From positions 52,018,001-52,082,000 of the forward strand of contig CM060732.1 in NCBI GenBank assembly GCA_030704615.1: DNA of 64,000 bases. The letters are read 5' to 3'. The position numbers and the translations under genes are program-made. Below are positions 1 to 12,064 of this stretch, piece by piece. The DNA is from Takakia lepidozioides (taxonomy: Eukaryota > Plantae > Bryophyta). Below the pieces are notes generated by a model. That model had not been told where the DNA came from. It searched no databases and was given only the letters and a program-made list of their open reading frames with translations. The first letter of the stretch is position 1, and the number at the start of each line of letters is the position of its first letter.

Positions 1-2440
1 GATGATATGTGCTGCTGCCAATATCCCATAGCCGATACACCTTAGATTCCACACTGTAACCAAGAAATATGCACTTTTTGCTCTTGGCATCCAATTTTTT
101 TCTCAGCTCTTTGGGTACATTGAATATGCCATGCTAACAACACTCGTAGATGCCTGATGTCAGGGTTCTTCCCATTCCAGGCCTCCAAAGGTGTTTTCCC
201 CTCAACAACCCTGGTTCCCGTTCGATTTAGGGTGTATGCAGCTGTAGTGGCAGCTTCTGCCCAGAAATTGGACTGAGACCTTTTGCTTGCAGATAACATC
301 TAACTCTTTCAACCAGAGTCCATTGGCCTTTCGATGACACCATTTTGCTCTGGGGATATGGCGCTGTAAGTTCCTGCCGAATTCCATCTTCAGGAAAGTC
401 TGAATTTTGCGCTCAAGAATTCTCTCATCTGTCGCTTCTAAGTTTTCTCACTGCAGTCCTGTCTCTATCTCTGATTCCACACACAGCTGCTTGAAGAACT
501 TGTTGAGAACTTCTCCTTTGTTTTCATGCAATAAAGATCCTATAGCTGCTATGATCATCTTTAACATGAAAAATGTTTGGAACCTCCATGCGAGTCTACA
601 TTCATTGTACACACATCAGCATGGTAGAACTTCCAGGAGTTGAACCCTCTCACGTTCTTCATTTACTGGAAACGCAACTCTGTGATTCTTGCCCATGGCA
701 CAAACCTTCACAGAACTCCAGATCTGCATTAGGGTTCAGATTTTCATACCATTGACGATTTGTGTTTTCTCCATTTGTTTAATCATGTCGACACTGATGT
801 GTCCAGTCGATCATGCCACGTTTGAAGACTTGCTCCCCCAATTGTCACCGGCCACATTTGCTTGAATATTATCCGTGACAACAATACCATGTTTGCTTGC
901 AGAGATTCTCCGTAATCACTTTGATTTGCAGTTTCCAAAGTTTCCCTCTCTCACGCCAGTCATCATAAGAGGTCCCCCTTCCCTGATTTGCATACAGCTT
1001 ACAAGTACGCTTATCATAGATGGACGATGTAATCTCTGTCTACAGCCTTCACTACTGAGAACAGATTCTGTCTGAGGTCAGGTACAAACAACACGTTGTG
1101 TATTGTTCCCTTCTCCACTCACTTCCTGCTAGGGTTAGGATATCTATATCCCCTATTCCACTTGCCCTATTGGTAACATCAGTGGCAACTTGTACTCCCC
1201 AACGATGAGATTCAATCTTCTTAAGATTTTGAACATTGCATCTGTTGGTCATGTGCTCAGATGCACAACTGTCCGAAGTACAGGATATATCGTCTTCATC
1301 GCCAACTTTCTCTCCAATTGACGTGTTGTTGTACACTGCCTGAATAGCATTGCTAATATGTACAATCTTTACCATATCATTGACAATGTTCTGATCAGTG
1401 TTTCTTCGTTGTGCACTGACCATCATCGACACGCTCTCTTTCTTCATGATGAATGCAGTGGCAGCATAGGCAGCGCTCATCTTAATGGATTCCACCATGT
1501 TAGCAGCGATACTCTTGTACATTTCTCGCTCCAGTGCCCAACTTCACCGCAGGTATTGCACATCATTTTCTTTTTTAACCGCTATTCTTTCAGCTCTCTC
1601 CTTCTTCTGCTCCGTTGTCAGAAAACTTCCAACTGCTTGTGGATGAGTTATGTCTTCCTTTGACATGCTTTGGTGAAGAAAGCTCTATCCATGACATCCT
1701 CTGTGTTTCCTCACGCTTTTCTCAACGCTTCTTTTTTGAGTAACCTAGATTGCAAGTTGTTCAACGTCTCTCGGCAGTGGGTACACTATCCCATGCATCT
1801 AAGATGTTCTCATAGCTTGGAGGTAAAGTGCACACTATCTTTTGCCATGATAGCTGATTCAGTCATCTCTTCCCAAGATTCACTCAACTGTTTTGCCATC
1901 AGTTCTATCTGCGGATATAACTGGAGATGACTCCATTTTCTTCCATCTTGAGATGATACATCTTACTTTGTAAGACATGAATGTTCTCGGTAGCATTTTG
2001 CTCATTAACTGCCACTAGTTTGCCCACATCTCTACTGAGTTTGTTGCAGTTTACCAACTGTTGCAGGTGATTCTTATCTACTCCCTTGTGTAATATACAT
2101 GCAGGCATTGTTGTCCCTATCATCCCCATTCGTCTGTATCCGAGGCCACTGCTCTCAAATCCTTCCCACTGACAAGAGACCATAGCTTCTTGCGCTCTTA
2201 GGAGAATCATCATTTGAACTTCCATAGAGAAAAACTTCTCTTCTGAAAAATCTCTCTATCGGCATCACATCTTTCGCTGTGTGGTAACTGAACTCATCTT
2301 TGCTGCTATTTCCTAGATCTCTCTGCTAGTTTTAGTTTCATTCGTGAACAAAATCAAGAAAAAAAAAAACTCTCAGAAATAAATTGTTCACGGAAAGCAC
2401 ATCTCTGAATGAGTCTTCAAACGTTTGTGGGCCCATAACC
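1..2440 (-). mobile_element. Degenerate Ty1/copia retrotransposon internal region (gag-protease-integrase), runs off the left edge
   Basis: Frameshifted minus-strand translation gives gag N-term FSLWKF..MILLRAQE (~2230), zinc knuckle CNTCGEVGHWSEKC (~1520-1560), protease SDSCASEHMT (~1250-1275) and integrase FWAEAATTAAYTLNR..KTPLEAWNGKNPDIRHLRV (140-270). This is the copia domain order. Confidence 0.92.
2427..2440 (-). promoter_or_regulatory. Primer-binding site complementary to the anticodon-arm half of initiator tRNA-Met
   Basis: Minus strand reads ...TCTACA|GGTTATGGGCCCAC directly after the LTR end. It matches tRNAiMet GUGGGCCCAUAACC, the half-tRNA priming of Drosophila copia/Ty5-type elements. 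Confidence 0.8.
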
Positions 2441-2580
2441 TGTAGAAAAACTCAAAGCACACAATATTATCTAGAACAGCAATTCAAAGATTCAGGCAAT
2501 CAAAACACACGATGGTATCAGAGCACTTTACACTACTGCAATTCCACCATCAAGCATAACATACTGAGAAGTTTTCAGCA
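2441..2580 (-). repeat. Putative short 5' LTR (~140 bp) of the copia element
   Basis: Begins TGTAGAAAAACTC next to the PBS and ends GAGAAGTTTTCAGCA (imperfect terminal inverted repeat TG...CA). The partner LTR is outside the window. Confidence 0.55.
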
Positions 2581-2859
2581 CAACAAAGGCTATATTAGTA
2601 TAAGCCTAAATTACTATTCGTAGTAACGATTGCTCGGCGCTGGCGGGGGTCTAGTAATTCAAAATAATGTGTCACTAATCCATCCAAAAATAGTACGTAG
2701 TCACCACACCTTGGCCAACTGCATGTCTCCGTTAAATCCAGGTAACCTAATTGGCCTCTGACTTAGATATTCCGTGCATGGAATAAATCATGTAAACTCG
2801 TAACTACTGATGACTTGCAGTTACATGTCACACTGCGATTTCAACCAGAAAAAACAACA

Positions 2860-5350
2860 CTCTATATAGAGAATTTGTACATCTAGATTTATTTGTACAG
2901 AGAGCTCTTTCTCTTTTGCCTTACATACCTGGAGGAGAGATACCACATACAAGATGGATTGGATAACTACAGAATAGAGCCAAGCTATTCCAAGCAAAAC
3001 TTGGAGTGCTCAGTCATTAATTAATGACTGCACATGTGTACCACCTATATATATATTCTGTATCGCGTAAGAAAGTAAGTGCAAAGAACAAACAGAGCTC
3101 CACGCACTGTAATGAAGGTCTCAGAGATAGTGTAGTAAAAGTGTGCCAGTCAATATCTAAGTAACAAAAAGAATTGATTCAGGAGTTTGACAGGAATGTC
3201 TTACATTCACTCTTCGTTTTCATTGATCTGATATTGATTGGGTCTTGAGCATGTGGAGCTGTGGAGGCGTCCGTAAATTTTGGGAGGAATGTCGGACATG
3301 TCAACTGAAGATTCGATTTTGATATAGTCTCATGAGGGGCGTATGCGTGACGTCTTTGTAGTGGAAGTTGTGCACTGGGAATGACAGGAGTCCTAACAAG
3401 GTTTCATGCATTTGATCTTGATCTCAAGGATAAGAAGACTGTTGCTACAAATCACATGTCAACGCTCTGCACCTAATTAGCTACTGCTCCCTCATTGTCA
3501 GGGAAGACCCCTGGGTCCAGCTATATATATACTCTGTAGTGCATAAGAAAGTAAGTGCAAAGAACATATAGGGCTCCACCAATTGTGCTCAAAGCGTAGG
3601 AGTGTATCTGTCAAGTGACGTTTTGACGTTGAATCGAAGGAGTATTGTGAGCATTGTAAGGAAGGTCTCAGATGACAGAGATAGTGTAGTAAAAGTGTGC
3701 CAGTCAAAAGAAGATCTAAGTAACACAATGAATTGATTCAGGAGTTTGACAACAATGGCGTACATTCACTCTTCGTTTTGATTCTGATATTGATCGAGTC
3801 TGAGCATGTGGAGGCATCCGTAAATTTTGGGAGGAATGTCGGACATGTCAAAAGAACATTCGATTTTGATTTAGTCTCCTGTGGAGGCGTACGCAAGTGT
3901 CTTCGTAGTGCAAGATTGGAATGAAGGAGTCCTGACAAGGTTTTGAAATGCATTTGATTTTGTTCTCAAGGATAAGCAGACTGTTGTTACAAATCACATG
4001 TCAACGCTCTGCACCTAATTAGCTACTGCTCCCTCATTGTGAGGGAAGACCCCTGGGTCCACTTCAGCACTTAGTATTGTAATTAACAGACATGACCTCA
4101 TATGAATCATTTCTAGAAGACTAAGACCACTTTTACAGAGAGTTTGAAGAATACCAGATCCTTGCATGAGCGGCGCCATTGGTTTTACTCTGTCGCAGTG
4201 TGAGAGACTTCTGTGCAATAGCAGGTCCACACTACTAATTAAATTAGTAACTGCAGAGATTATATACTCCTCAATCGATTTCTCCTTCTAACATTGAGAG
4301 GTGTCACACCAGAGATCTACACTTGGAAATTTATACTGCATATGAAAGTCCTCGGATCTTAGTGCCTATTACTGGAAGTACGGAAGGAGCCTAAGGTTGA
4401 GCACCGCGTGTTGCAGCATTGAGAGCACCTCAAATTTGTAGATTCGAATCTCATATATACCTACATTGATTGCTCAAAGGACCCAGCACCCAGAGCTAGG
4501 ATTCTGACTTTCAGATGGAGTGATAAGAAGATTGAGGCAGTTTTAAGTCAAGACAGCCCCGTATGTTCAAAATGGCCCACAATGGGCATTATTTCTATCA
4601 CCGCGTGTGCAAGTGACAATAGCAGGCCTCCAGAAGCTGGATGATTTGACACTTAGGCACCTCCTCACGGATTGCACGGAGAACCTAGTCATTAAGACCA
4701 CACACTGCACATGGGTTTGCATGTATACTAATTATCTCATCTGCAATGGCTACCGTATTTCGTGGAGAAGGCCTATCATCGTATAGCTGCTATCGCAGTC
4801 GTTACTACAAAACAAAAAAGATTGATCACTTGTAAGTTGTTGCATTCTGAAGGCGTGGTATGATGAAGGTGAAGACTTGCATTTGTTGAGAGTCTGTGAA
4901 ATTCCAACAGATACCATCAATCCTCAAACTAAGGGCTTTGTGGGGGACACTTTAAACTCTCATCCTCATGACACTGGAGCACCAAACATTCAAATTTGAT
5001 GAAATGTTTGGGAATTTTGGACATGTAATGAGGACTACTTTCAAGCATCTGTAAGATTTGAGATGTGGGGGGGTTTATTATTGGCTCATTTGAGTTTGTA
5101 ACCGCCTGCCTCAGTCAACCCCAATGAGCCATAATTATGGCTGAAATTCATCTATGAGACCATGATAAATTGGGTGCAAAACTAACTTGTGAAGAAACAC
5201 GAGAATGTATCACATTCACCTAGGTACGTCCGAAAGCAATACCATGGCAGGGTGAGTGCAATCCTTGCCCATCCACTTCACATGAGGAGAGGAACAAATT
5301 CAGATTAGTTAAAAGACATAAACTGCCAACTCAAAGTTTAATCCATTACA
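2860..5350 (+). repeat. ~2.5-kb dispersed repeat, copy 1, with an internal ~0.5-kb tandem duplication (3045-3520/3520-4060)
   Basis: Co-linear with 53586-55890; for example GCAGGCCTCCAGAAGCTGGATGATTTGACACTTAGG is at 4622 and 54902. Confidence 0.9.
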
Positions 5351-5949
5351 ACCTCATTACAAGGAGAAAGTGTAGAGGAAGACTCAAAATGAAAGGACAA
5401 TGTCTCATTTTATTAGTCTATTTAACCCCTAATGGACGAGGCAATTTTTGGTGGGCCCCCTCCAAAACAGGACATACCCTCACGGATGAGGGTATATCTC
5501 TCATGAAACTAACATCCACTGGGATGAACCGTATGAATTGGAGGCTACCTACTTCATCCAGCTTCTGTGAAAATTTCACCTCATTTCACTGTGTCAAGTT
5601 AAATAAACACAGTGTGAAACTAACTAGAATAAATCTAGTTATTTGTATTTAACACTTGGATTTAGTTCAAGTGTTAAGTCAGGTGTCAAGTTTAGTTTGA
5701 CACCTGAACCGTCTTATCTTCACGAGAGCGTCAGTCGTGCAGCTCATCTCTCTCGAGTTGAGCCTGCACGACCAAGCTCCTTCACTGCTTAGAATCTGAG
5801 TGTGCTTATGAAGGGAGCATAGGTTGTTGTGGGGTGGAGTCCCCATAGCTTGGGGTGCCCCTGGCTTGACTACTATTTTAAATAGTGATGAGTGATGGTG
5901 TTGGATTTCATGTTCTTGTGTCAACAGTGTGTTTTAGTTTCTTATCACT

Positions 5950-7901
5950 CGAGAGAGATCATCTTGCATCTGTGAGTGCCAGAGGTGAATTTAGTTTTAG
6001 CACTTGTGGTTTTTCGTTTTAAAAGTGAGAAAAGCGATTTGTCGAAAGAAGGTGAGGAGCAGTGAAGAGTGTGCAGCAGGGAGCTTGGCACGCATGCATT
6101 GAGGTATATCGATTGAGGAGCATGGCGTGGCATGAGGTGCGGCAAACAGAGGAGGAGCAATGCTTGGAAGGGTGTGCAGCTGCGATTACAGGGAAGCGGT
6201 GCCGCCTTTTGATGATCTATTTCTAAAAGATCAACTCACGGGGGAAGGACTTGGTATGTTGTGCAAGTGCAGGTGGGGTGAGACGGTGCCATCTGTTTGC
6301 TTTGTGATGATTTGAGCCTATGAGGAGAGGCGGAGCTGCCGCTCTCCTTGTGATCACCACTTAGCAATTTATGAACTCACGGGGGAAAACAGCTTGGTAG
6401 GATGCGGCTATAGATAATGTGTCGTCATTAGCACTCTTGATCACGATTGTACAAGGCAGGGCTTGCGGGAGAAGCAGCTTGCTGCCAGATGATGGGCAGG
6501 AATTAGGTTGATGACTTCGCAATGTGATATCTTATGCAACTACCAGATTGAGGCCAACGGCTACAGTTGATTAGTGGCGGTCATGAGGGCCGAGCAAAGC
6601 AATCCGTTTATGACGATCAGAAGCGAGCAATGTGTTTCCTGCTAAAGTATTTTGATTGCAGTTTAGACTTGTAATTAATCAAGATAGGGCGATGCAGTGA
6701 TTGTTTCACAGCTTTGAAGAGAGGGAGTGTTGCAAGACGATTCATGAAGGGCAAGTGATCGACATCAAGTTCAGCATCTAAGCAGTTCGACTTCTCACCA
6801 CCGAGGCTTACCATAAAATTTTGAGTCTGTATCGTGGTATTCAAGGGAGACATGGTGACGATTAGGAAGGAGTAGCAGAGGAGAAGTGTGACGCAGGCTT
6901 TCAACGTTGTCGGTGCCCATCAGCTTGCGAATTGCTGCTTCGGCCTCTGCTTGTGGAAGCAGTGCTGGAGTGGATGGTGACGGCTAAGTGCTCTTGATGC
7001 ATGAATTCATGGCGTTTGATGCTTATGGAGAAGCGTAATGAAGGCTTTGCAGCCTGATTCCGGGCCTAATTGCCATGTGCATTGGCGGCTATGTCTTCAC
7101 ACTGGAAATGTGGCTGGAATTGAATGAGTCCAGGGTGTTTTGATGCTTCTGGACCTGTACATTGAGGGCTATGCAGCCTGGTATCTGAAATTTAGGTCTG
7201 ATTACCAGGCTTTTCATGCGCAAGTGCGGCTGGATCTTCGGTGGAGAGGCTTTTCCCTTACCTTTGGACTGGATCCCCAGATGTAAGGGGGCTGGTGATG
7301 AAGCCATTCCAGCTCCTCCTGATACTGAGTCGACTGATGAAGAAGAGGTTGTGGGCAGTCCTGCTCCTCCCACTTGCTTCCTGGTTCTCTGCAGCTCCAT
7401 TCAGTGATTCTCCTCTTCCATCTCTACGTCTAGCCTCATTGAGAGTAAGGTGAAGGTGCTGCTCAGTGCAATCGCCCCTCAATCGCACATGGAGAGGTCA
7501 TGGAAAGGCTCTTGTTGATCTCTGCTCCTTCCATCTTGGTTTGGCGATCATTATCAGTAGTGTCAACCCCACGCTCACTGCCGGCAAGATCAATAAAAGA
7601 AATTTTGCCAACGACACGGTTTCCTCTTGAGTTACTGCCTTTTGCTCTCTTGATAACAAGCTGAAGGATAGCATGAGATCTGGATGACTCTTCATTGGCA
7701 CCGGTGGAGCCAGTGCTGCGAGCAGAGTTGCCCTTGTCAATAAACTCCTTCACCACCTCCACATCTGACACTAGGTCCGAAGATTGGTCTGAAAAGAGAG
7801 CAAGTGCAGATGGCAGCTGCCCACCAGGTTCTGACATAGTATCATCAGAGCTTGTCCCTGCATTAGGGATGGCTCGTTGCATCACGGAAAAGAGAGCCTA
7901 A
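5950..7901 (+). mobile_element. Highly decayed transposon-type coding remnant, unclassified
   Basis: Interrupted protein-like stretches (FEERECCKTIHEGQVIDIKF, acidic DTESTDEEEV) ending at TAA 7901; no diagnostic motif. Confidence 0.3.
7505..7771 (-). pseudogene. Captured kinesin-13 motor-domain fragment
   Basis: VSDVEVVKEFIDKGNSARSTGSTGANEESSRSHAILQL...GKISFIDLAGSERGVDTTDNDRQTKMEGAEINKSL contains switch I (SSRSH) and switch II (DLAGSE) in kinesin-13 context. No flanking kinesin sequence or splice sites. Confidence 0.9.
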
Positions 7902-8277
7902 AACTACACGCATATGTTGATGGTGTCTCAAACAGTACACCTTGGTGGCCATTGGTAAGGGAATCTATGAGAACTACATGAACGTGTTGGGAACTCGTAG
8001 ATAACTTGGAAGCAGTTTTTAATGGCGAAAATATTTTGGTGTTAAGAAAATAAATAAATAAATAAAACCTTTTTGATCTAATTTAAATGATTTAGAGCCT
8101 AATTGGTCATATCTTTGTCCAAATGGACTGCGTTTGACTCAATTTTTGGGGGGATAGCTGCAAAAAGGGGAAATCTACCTATTTAGACCTGGTTTTAGTT
8201 TTTTGGACTTTGCTAATCTATGGAATTTTTTGAGTGTGAGTATGCTATGAAAGATCCACAATTCTGTTTCTAGAACC

Positions 8278-9540
8278 TGTTGTGGTCTACATGAGAGACA
8301 AATCTGGGGATGTCCTCCTTGTATGGCTGGGGGAAATGAGGACGTAATTGAAGGGCAGGTCTCTTCTCCTAGCCTGTGCACACAAGGGGACAAGATTTAT
8401 GTTTCTCAAGGAACTCAGACTGATTTGAGTGGAGAGCAGTTGGACGAGTTGATTGCATACTGGGAGTCAGGCATTAGCAATAGACAACACACTGTTGTAG
8501 TTGGCGTTGAGGGCCTCAATATTGCTTTGGACAGTCAGAACTATGTTGGAGCAAGCAGTTCTGCAGCTGTAGGTGAAATACCAAAGTGGGTGGAAGCTAG
8601 GCTTGGAACACAGCCAAAGACAACCTCGGGGACCAAGGTGTTCAGCCACAAGACCATGGTGTACTGGAGCAGAGGAGCGGGAGCTACACAAGTTTGTGCA
8701 ATCAGACATGGTTGCAGCCAGACACGCTCTGCACAAGGCAACCACGAGCGGGGGTTCATTAGCAATGACAAGTTTGTTCTACTTGAAGGAGATGCAGTCA
8801 TTCGCAATGAGGACACTCGCAACCGTCTCAAAGTTTTCGAGTTGAGAGACTGTCAGACCCTACCTTTATTTTCTTTAGTATTCAGTGAGCGGGAGATAGG
8901 GAAGTATTGCTTTGTCTCTATCTGGCAGAAAGAGGAGAAAGGTTGGTTAGAGCGAGCTACTGTAGTTTGGGACAAGGTTAGTGGCAGGTTTCTGGACATA
9001 GACATACCTCCTACACCTTACCATCATGTAGAGCGAGGTACTTTGAGAGAAGTCTGGCAGTTGATAGCATAGATCAGGATTAGATCTTGCTTGGTCGGGC
9101 CTCTATTCATCCCCTCCCTCTCTTTACTATTTTCATTACTTTGTACTTGTAGTTGCCAAAGCCTTTCTTGGTGGAGGCCAGTTAGTCCGGGGTTTTGGGC
9201 TGGGATATTCTGCATGATCAACACTGCAGATGGATTTTGGTGTGGGGGTGTTGATGTTTTGATTTCTTGTGTTTGGATCCCCCCCAACACCTGCATGCTT
9301 GACTGTGCGCCATGTTGGTTTTGTGTGGGCGCTTGCTTTCATAGGGATTAGGCCGGATTTGGTCACCGGTCAATCCTAGAATATGCTGTCGGTGGTGAGG
9401 CTGGAGTGATGACCAGCAAGACCACCAATGTTTCTTCTATGGTGAGACTGGGTTGATGACCAGCCAACCATAGGAGTTCTTGCGGTGGATGCAGGTGCAG
9501 ATGCCCTTAGCCACTGGGATATGACCTTTAATCCGCAACA
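8278..9540 (+). repeat. Putative 5' LTR of a gag-bearing LTR retroelement
   Basis: Starts TGTTGTGG (8278) and ends CCGCAACA (9540), just before the gag ORF. No second LTR visible. Confidence 0.4.
8323..9072 (+). CDS. Uncharacterised 249-aa retroelement-associated ORF, weak Tudor/SH3-like C-terminal segment
   Basis: Uninterrupted ATG-to-TAG ORF with globular composition, upstream of gag. Confidence 0.5.
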   Translation: MAGGNEDVIEGQVSSPSLCTQGDKIYVSQGTQTDLSGEQLDELIAYWESGISNRQHTVVVGVEGLNIALDSQNYVGASSSAAVGEIPKWVEARLGTQPKTTSGTKVFSHKTMVYWSRGAGATQVCAIRHGCSQTRSAQGNHERGFISNDKFVLLEGDAVIRNEDTRNRLKVFELRDCQTLPLFSLVFSEREIGKYCFVSIWQKEEKGWLERATVVWDKVSGRFLDIDIPPTPYHHVERGTLREVWQLIA

Positions 9541-9592
9541 GGTGCTCACCCGTGTTACTATTAGAATTAGTACTAGAGCCTTATAGTGTCAC

Positions 9593-11015
9593 GTGAGGGA
9601 GGTGCGGGTTGTGAGTATCATCACAGAGTTACCCAAGGGTTTTGAGGGGAGTACGGCTACAGGCAGTAGCAGTGAGAATGGGTTCACCAGACGAGGTGTT
9701 CGTTTCAGACCACCTTCACCTCCACCCTCAACTAGTGCAGAGTCAGACACAGACTCGGAGGCTTTATCAACAAGTGTGCAGTTTCATTCGCCATTGTTGT
9801 GGGACGACATGGAGGAGATGTATGGAGCTACCAAGGGGCCTCGTAGGTACTTTGGAGCTATGGGCACAATCGAGCTGGATGACTTTATCCAGGAGTTCGA
9901 CAGCTGGTGTGATTTGCAACAAATGCGCAATCCACAGCTGTTCACCCCATTCATGGCGTGGAAGGGACTGTTCCAGCATTTGGAAGGCCCGCCTATGGAC
10001 GATTACCACGAGTTCAGGCGAGGACATGAAGCAGAGATTGAGGAGTGGAGGATGTATTGGTCACCTGACTACGTCTCCATTACTCGAGGCACGACGCGAC
10101 CAGTAGCTACATCAGCACCAATATCTCCCACTGCCAGCACTAGTAGTGGAACAAGTAGTGCCGGTACTTCTGCAGGTGGTACCAGTTCAAAAGATGCTAC
10201 TACTCCTCCTGCCACGACTACAACACATGTGCCTAGATTCAACCCGGTGGTGGAGTTCTTCCAGGAGTTGCAGACGAACTACCAAGGCGTACGGACAGAG
10301 AAGCTGCGAAGTTTGCAAGACTTCCAGCGCAAATCCAATGAGAGCTTGCGAGATGCCTACACTCGTATGAGGCGCTTGATAAGTGTGACCCAAGGGGTTA
10401 CTGAAGCTCAGACAGTCCAGTTCTGGTATGAATTTTGGACAAAGAGCTCAGGAGAAGGGTGCGGGATGCAACCCTGTTACAAACGGCCCAACCCACATTA
10501 GCAGATGTGTTTCTGCTGGCTAAGCGGATTGAGCTCAACAGAGGAGCGAGTTGTTACCATTGGATTTGGCAAGGACATGCATGCACGAGGCGCAGCTGCC
10601 AACCAACAGGTACAAGAGACTGCCCAACAGCGTGGTCAGGGAAGCAAGGTTGCCCAACCCAAATTCCATGGAGCTTACAGGGGACCTCAGGTGCAGAGGC
10701 CCGTAGCTTCTTTTGCAACCCGACAGCAACCAGGGGTGATATGTTGGACATGTGGAGGACCTCATGTCAAGAAAGATTGCCCAGAGAGTGGCAAAAGGCC
10801 GGCACAAGCACAGCCTGCACAGTTGCAGTGTGGGCATTGTGGCAAGTATGGGCATGGAGATGCCCAGTGTTATGACTTGCACCCTGAGTTGCGGCGAGGC
10901 CAGTTCCAAGGAAACAATGGTAGCCGAGGGCAAGGTGGAGCACCTCAGAGAGGACGAGGTGGTCAGGCACGAGGTGACGGAGGAGACATGGGAGACAGGG
11001 CCCCTGCAAACTTGG
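9593..11015 (+). mobile_element. Ty3/gypsy-like gag (two frameshifts) with two zinc knuckles; pol absent
   Basis: ELDDFIQEFDSWC...LQDFQRKSNESLRDAYTRMRRL (retrotransposon gag), CWTCGGPHVKKDC and CGHCGKYGHGDAQC, RGG-rich tail; frameshifts near 10430 and 10540. Confidence 0.8.
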
Positions 11016-12064
11016 GGGGCTTTATTGCAATGACCACCTCAGTGAAGATTGAATTCAAGATGGCCATCAGACTAAATTTCTTTACAGTCCATCACTGTGA
11101 TGTACTAATAAGTCTAAGTGATGTCCACTCAATTACATTATGAACTTGTGGGTGCTATGAAAAATTCATGTAGTCTGCAAAACAAGTCACAGGCATTAAA
11201 ACAATTGTCAATTCATCATTCCACCATTTCGTTCACTAGTAACCAAAAGGCAGATATTCATCAGTACAGAGAATACTTCTAGAAGTATCGGATATCTCCA
11301 TACTTGCAATTGAAGGTAGCCCAATTAGAAGTACTGAGAAGATGTGAAATATAGTTACAGGGATTTTAAGAGAAAACCAGCAAGGAAGGACAAAATAGAC
11401 CTACAAACAAACACAATCATCTTAAACCTGTAATCTGGGAATTACTGTAGACTTCGTGATTGTGTCTCACCAAATCAAGACCAAGATATGTCAAGACCAA
11501 AGACATATATGTTAGTGACTAGTCACAATCACTTCCCCACCAGGCGTTGGAAGATGCAGTTGGAGGAGGATGAGCCCGAGACTTTCCTTGAATCAATCCT
11601 CATCATCTCCCTTCCCTCACAAATACTTTATAATGCTAGTGGAATGCTCAATGAAAGGAAGAAGTCTCGAACTTGCCACAGGAAGCTCAAAGAGCTTGCC
11701 ACAAAAGAAACCAGCATAGGAAATTGGGGCTGTCAAGAGACAGACTAAAAACCACTCACTCAAAACCACTGCCGCAATATGAAGGGACACATTGGAAGTG
11801 TCACATGGATTGTGAACAATGGCAAAAACAATACAGTACTTTTGCTGGTCCATTCTCCACAAATATGTACCCATGTAAGTGATAATATACTGAGGGATTT
11901 TTTTCAGATTTAAGACTAGTTTTAGGATGGCTAATCGCACATAATACGAGCATGACTCAGCTTTTGAATGGTGTGACAAGCAATAATACACTACGACAGC
12001 ACACATTCCATTGACGATGAATCCTCTGCGGACTCCTTTGGGTGATAGATAATGCACAAATGTG

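Noticed and set aside
2630-2660. Helitron 3' end (GC-rich stretch followed by CTAGT)
   Set aside because: Hairpin is weak, and no matching 5' TC end or Rep/Hel sequence was found.
9495-9530. tRNA-like A-box on the minus strand in the putative LTR
   Set aside because: No B box or cloverleaf; too short to support.
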